A stretch of DNA of 63,998 nucleotides, counting the filler, from Porpidia crustulata (taxonomy: Eukaryota): the NCBI GenBank assembly GCA_964255105.1. It is 6 parts of 6 records of this genome, joined end to end, with 100 filler letters (N's around TTAATTAATTAA, not from the genome) between each part and the next. Parts side by side here need not be neighbours in the genome. Positions count along the whole stretch, not along the records: positions 53,962 to 63,998 come from CAXUWE010000848.1; 5 more parts are not named here. One strand, given 5' to 3'. Shown here piece after piece: positions 61,101 to 63,998 of the stretch (the stretch's first letter is position 1; each line of letters opens with the position of its first letter). Below the pieces are notes generated by a model, which saw only the letters and a program-made list of their open reading frames with translations, was not told the origin of the DNA and ran no database searches. The position numbers and the translations under genes were made by a program.

Positions 61101-63946
61101 ATTTTCTTTGCTATCGCCTTGTGCCGAATTCTGTGCCTGGTGTAACGATCAAAAAAGCTGACTCACATCCGACGAAGCGTGCGAGGATAGAACAAGCCAA
61201 GCCTACAGTTCCAGAGGTTCCCCCAATCTCGCCGACGCTTGTTCCAAGCGCTCCTCAACCACTTCCACCGACAAACAGCTCTGGCGCGATGACAGAAGAA
61301 CTCGCGTTTTTTGATCGTGTGAGAAAGTTTCTAGCGAACAAGCAGACCTTTAATGAATTCCTCAAACTCTGTAACCTGTTTACGCAAGATTTAATCGGGA
61401 AGAATGTGCTCGTACACAAAGCCGCCAGCTTCATTGGTAGTAATCCTGACCTGATGACGTGGTTTAAGAACTTCGTCAGATACGACGGTGAGGACATGGT
61501 CATCGAGAATAAGCCGAAGATTGGCAGTGACAAGGTGGTTTTAAGCCAATGCAGGGGACTAGGCCCAAGCTACCGACTGTTACCAAAGCGAGAACGCCTC
61601 AGACTATGCAGTGGCCGTGACGAGATGTGCCAGCTAGTTCTTAATGATGAGTGGTCATCGCATCCTACCTGGGCTTCGGAGGATTCGGGTTTTATAGCTC
61701 ATCGCAAGAATCATTACGAAGAATCCATACACCGTGTCGAGGAAGAACGCCACGACTACGATATCAATATTGAGGCCTGCCTGAGGACGATACAGTTGAT
61801 GGAACCGATCGCACAGCAAATTAAGCTAATGTCAGATGACGAGCGAAGCACATTTATCCTGCCAGCCGGTATTGGGGGACAGAGTGAGACGATCTACCAG
61901 CGTATCATCAAGAAGATATACGATAGAGAACGCGGAGGAAAGGTCATTGAGGACATGTTCGCGAGCCCAGCTGCCGTTCTACCTATTGTGTTAGGGAGGC
62001 TTAAACAGAAATCCGAGGAATGGAAAGCAAGTCAGGTTAGTCCCAATCATCATGCCACCCGGGTTATTCGTTGCTAACATGGAGTAAAGCGCGAATGGGA
62101 TAAGGTCTGGCGTGAGCAGACCCACAAGCTATTTTGGAAGAGCCTGGATCACCAGGGCATTAGCGTCAAGTCGGCGGATAAGCGTCAATTCCAGCCAAAA
62201 ACTCTTCAGACCGAGATTCAGGTTAGATACGAGGAGCAGAGGGCTCTGCGCCAGCGAAGCCAACGAAATGAAAACATTCCCAGATATCAGTTCTCATACA
62301 GCTTTGACGACGTTGAGGTGATCCAAGATGCTTGTCATTTAATCTTGACTCATCTTCACCATGCCTACGTCGGTAATGCAGCGGACCAGGCAAAGCTAGA
62401 GAACTTTTTCAGGACCTTCATACCGGCGTTTTTCGACCTTGACCGCGAAAATTTCCAACGGAGGATGAACGATATCTATGACGCCTCGCCACCGAACGAA
62501 GAAGCTGACGACGATCTGACTGCGAACGAAGATCAGAACGTTAACCGAGGGCGACGGGCTGTGAATGGCAAGAAGGCAAATCTACTCCGTGGGGTCCTCG
62601 AGCGTGGTCAGAACGGGAAACCCAGTCACAAAGACAAAGACGACCAGGACAGCAAAGAATCAACACCTGATGTGCTCTCTATGGATGAGGAGACTGCAAC
62701 ATCAATTGACACGCCCTCGGAGCAGCCTGCCCGCGTCGATGCCGCCGAATATCGCTGGATGGAATACCCATCGGCCAGCACTAGGGGATTCAGGCAAGAA
62801 ATCGATCATAACCAACCATATAAGCGTGACAGCTTCAATCTCTATGCAAGCTCGAACATATATTGCTTCTTCAGGATGTTTGAAATGCTCTATGAGAGGC
62901 TTGCGAAGATCAAGGCGAATGAGAAGTCGGTACATGAGGATGTACGTCGTGCCAAGGTGCCCAAAGCGGCACATGATCTGAAGTTGGTCGACAAAACGCC
63001 CGCCGATTTCTTTTACGACGTCAGCCCAAACGCCAACTACTATCGGCAGGTTGTGAGGATGTGCGAAGACGTGATCAAGGAACAAATGGACATTGTTCAC
63101 CTTGAGGAGACACTTCGTCGATATCACATGAAAAATGGATGGCAACTCTACAGCTTTGATAAGATGCTTGTGGCTATGGTGAGATTTGCTTGGCAAATCC
63201 TGGTCAGTGACAACAAGGATAAGAGCCTTGATATCATCAACCTCTTCTATAAGGATCGCAAAGAAGCCGAGACAACTCATCAAGCAGAGTTGACGTATAG
63301 GAAGCAGGTTGAGAAGTTGACCAAGGACGCAGACATTTACCGAATCACCTATGTAAGTAACTCACCTCGTATGACATGTAAAAAACGACTGACGGAGCAT
63401 GTACAGACCGAGTCCACCAGCACTGCTACAATCCAGGTGTTCAAGAAAGACGACAAGACCTTCGAAACCGACGAGATGGCCGCCAACGCCCGATGGTCCT
63501 ACTACATCTCCTCGTACGCCATGCGCGACCTGACCGAAGGCCTCGACCTCGGCAAGACCGACTGGCCGTTCCTGCGGCGCAACATGCCGCCGATGCTCGA
63601 CTCGGAGGAGGAGTACACGCGCGTCTACACGCCGCAGTGGAACGAGGACGGCCTCGTCATCCGCATCTCCGCCAACAACTACCACATCCAGTACGACCCC
63701 AAGACGCAGGACTGGTGGGTGCACAACGCCGCGGTCGAGCGCCGCGGCCTCGTCGGCCGCAAGGCCATGCAGGATGCAAGGAAACAGAAGTTTTCGGAGA
63801 AGTTTGAGCTCAGCAACGGCTGGATGGTGGGCAAGTCGGTCGAGGCGGTCGACAAAGTCAATCGCGGTTTTAGGCGGTGGATCGAGCAGGGCGTGGCGCC
63901 TGACGCGGCGGGCGCGGATGCGGATGAGGTCGTGACGAGCGGTTGA
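58138..63946 (+). CDS. SIN3: Transcriptional corepressor Sin3 (PAH1-3, HID, C-terminal domain)
   Basis: [77 protein letters not shown]; multi-exon. Confidence 0.97.
58781..59020 (+). repeat. Tandem 120-nt in-frame duplication in the SIN3 N-terminal region
   Basis: Units start at 58781 and 58901, both encoding [32 protein letters not shown]; preceded by a hexamer RE/RD microsatellite. Confidence 0.95.
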
Positions 63947-63998
63947 TATAAAAAAGGTTTTGCGATACCAAGGGGTGTAGTTTGGGCATTTTTGGGGG

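Overview
Intron-rich eukaryotic DNA from a filamentous ascomycete (Pezizomycotina; a lichen-forming lineage is plausible but not demonstrable here). The window is not one locus. It is six ~10.7 kb contigs joined by artificial 100-nt N44-TTAATTAATTAA-N44 linkers in decreasing length order, so adjacency across linkers is meaningless. About 24 protein-coding genes can be supported, mostly housekeeping: SNX3 (partial), a CNNM/DUF21 protein, a CPSF6-like RRM protein, SSS1, RIM2, DCAF11/WDR23, PXMP4, a head-to-head DAC1/NAG1 GlcNAc-catabolism pair, PHO88, alpha-tubulin, PGA1, FDH1, glucosidase I, SER1, FPGS, ACH1, OSM1 with a cytochrome b5 domain, a FAS1 protein and SIN3, plus several uncharacterised proteins. 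The best leads are: a hairpin-packed last intron of SER1 hiding a cryptic 3' splice site; perfect palindromes in the DAC1/NAG1 bidirectional promoter; a large WG/GW-rich (Argonaute-hook-like) protein; alternative-donor dual targeting of FDH1; a stop-free in-frame intron in the CPSF6-like gene; and an in-frame TAG inside the OSM1 cytochrome b5 domain. All exon boundaries were read by eye and family calls come from recalled motifs, not database searches.
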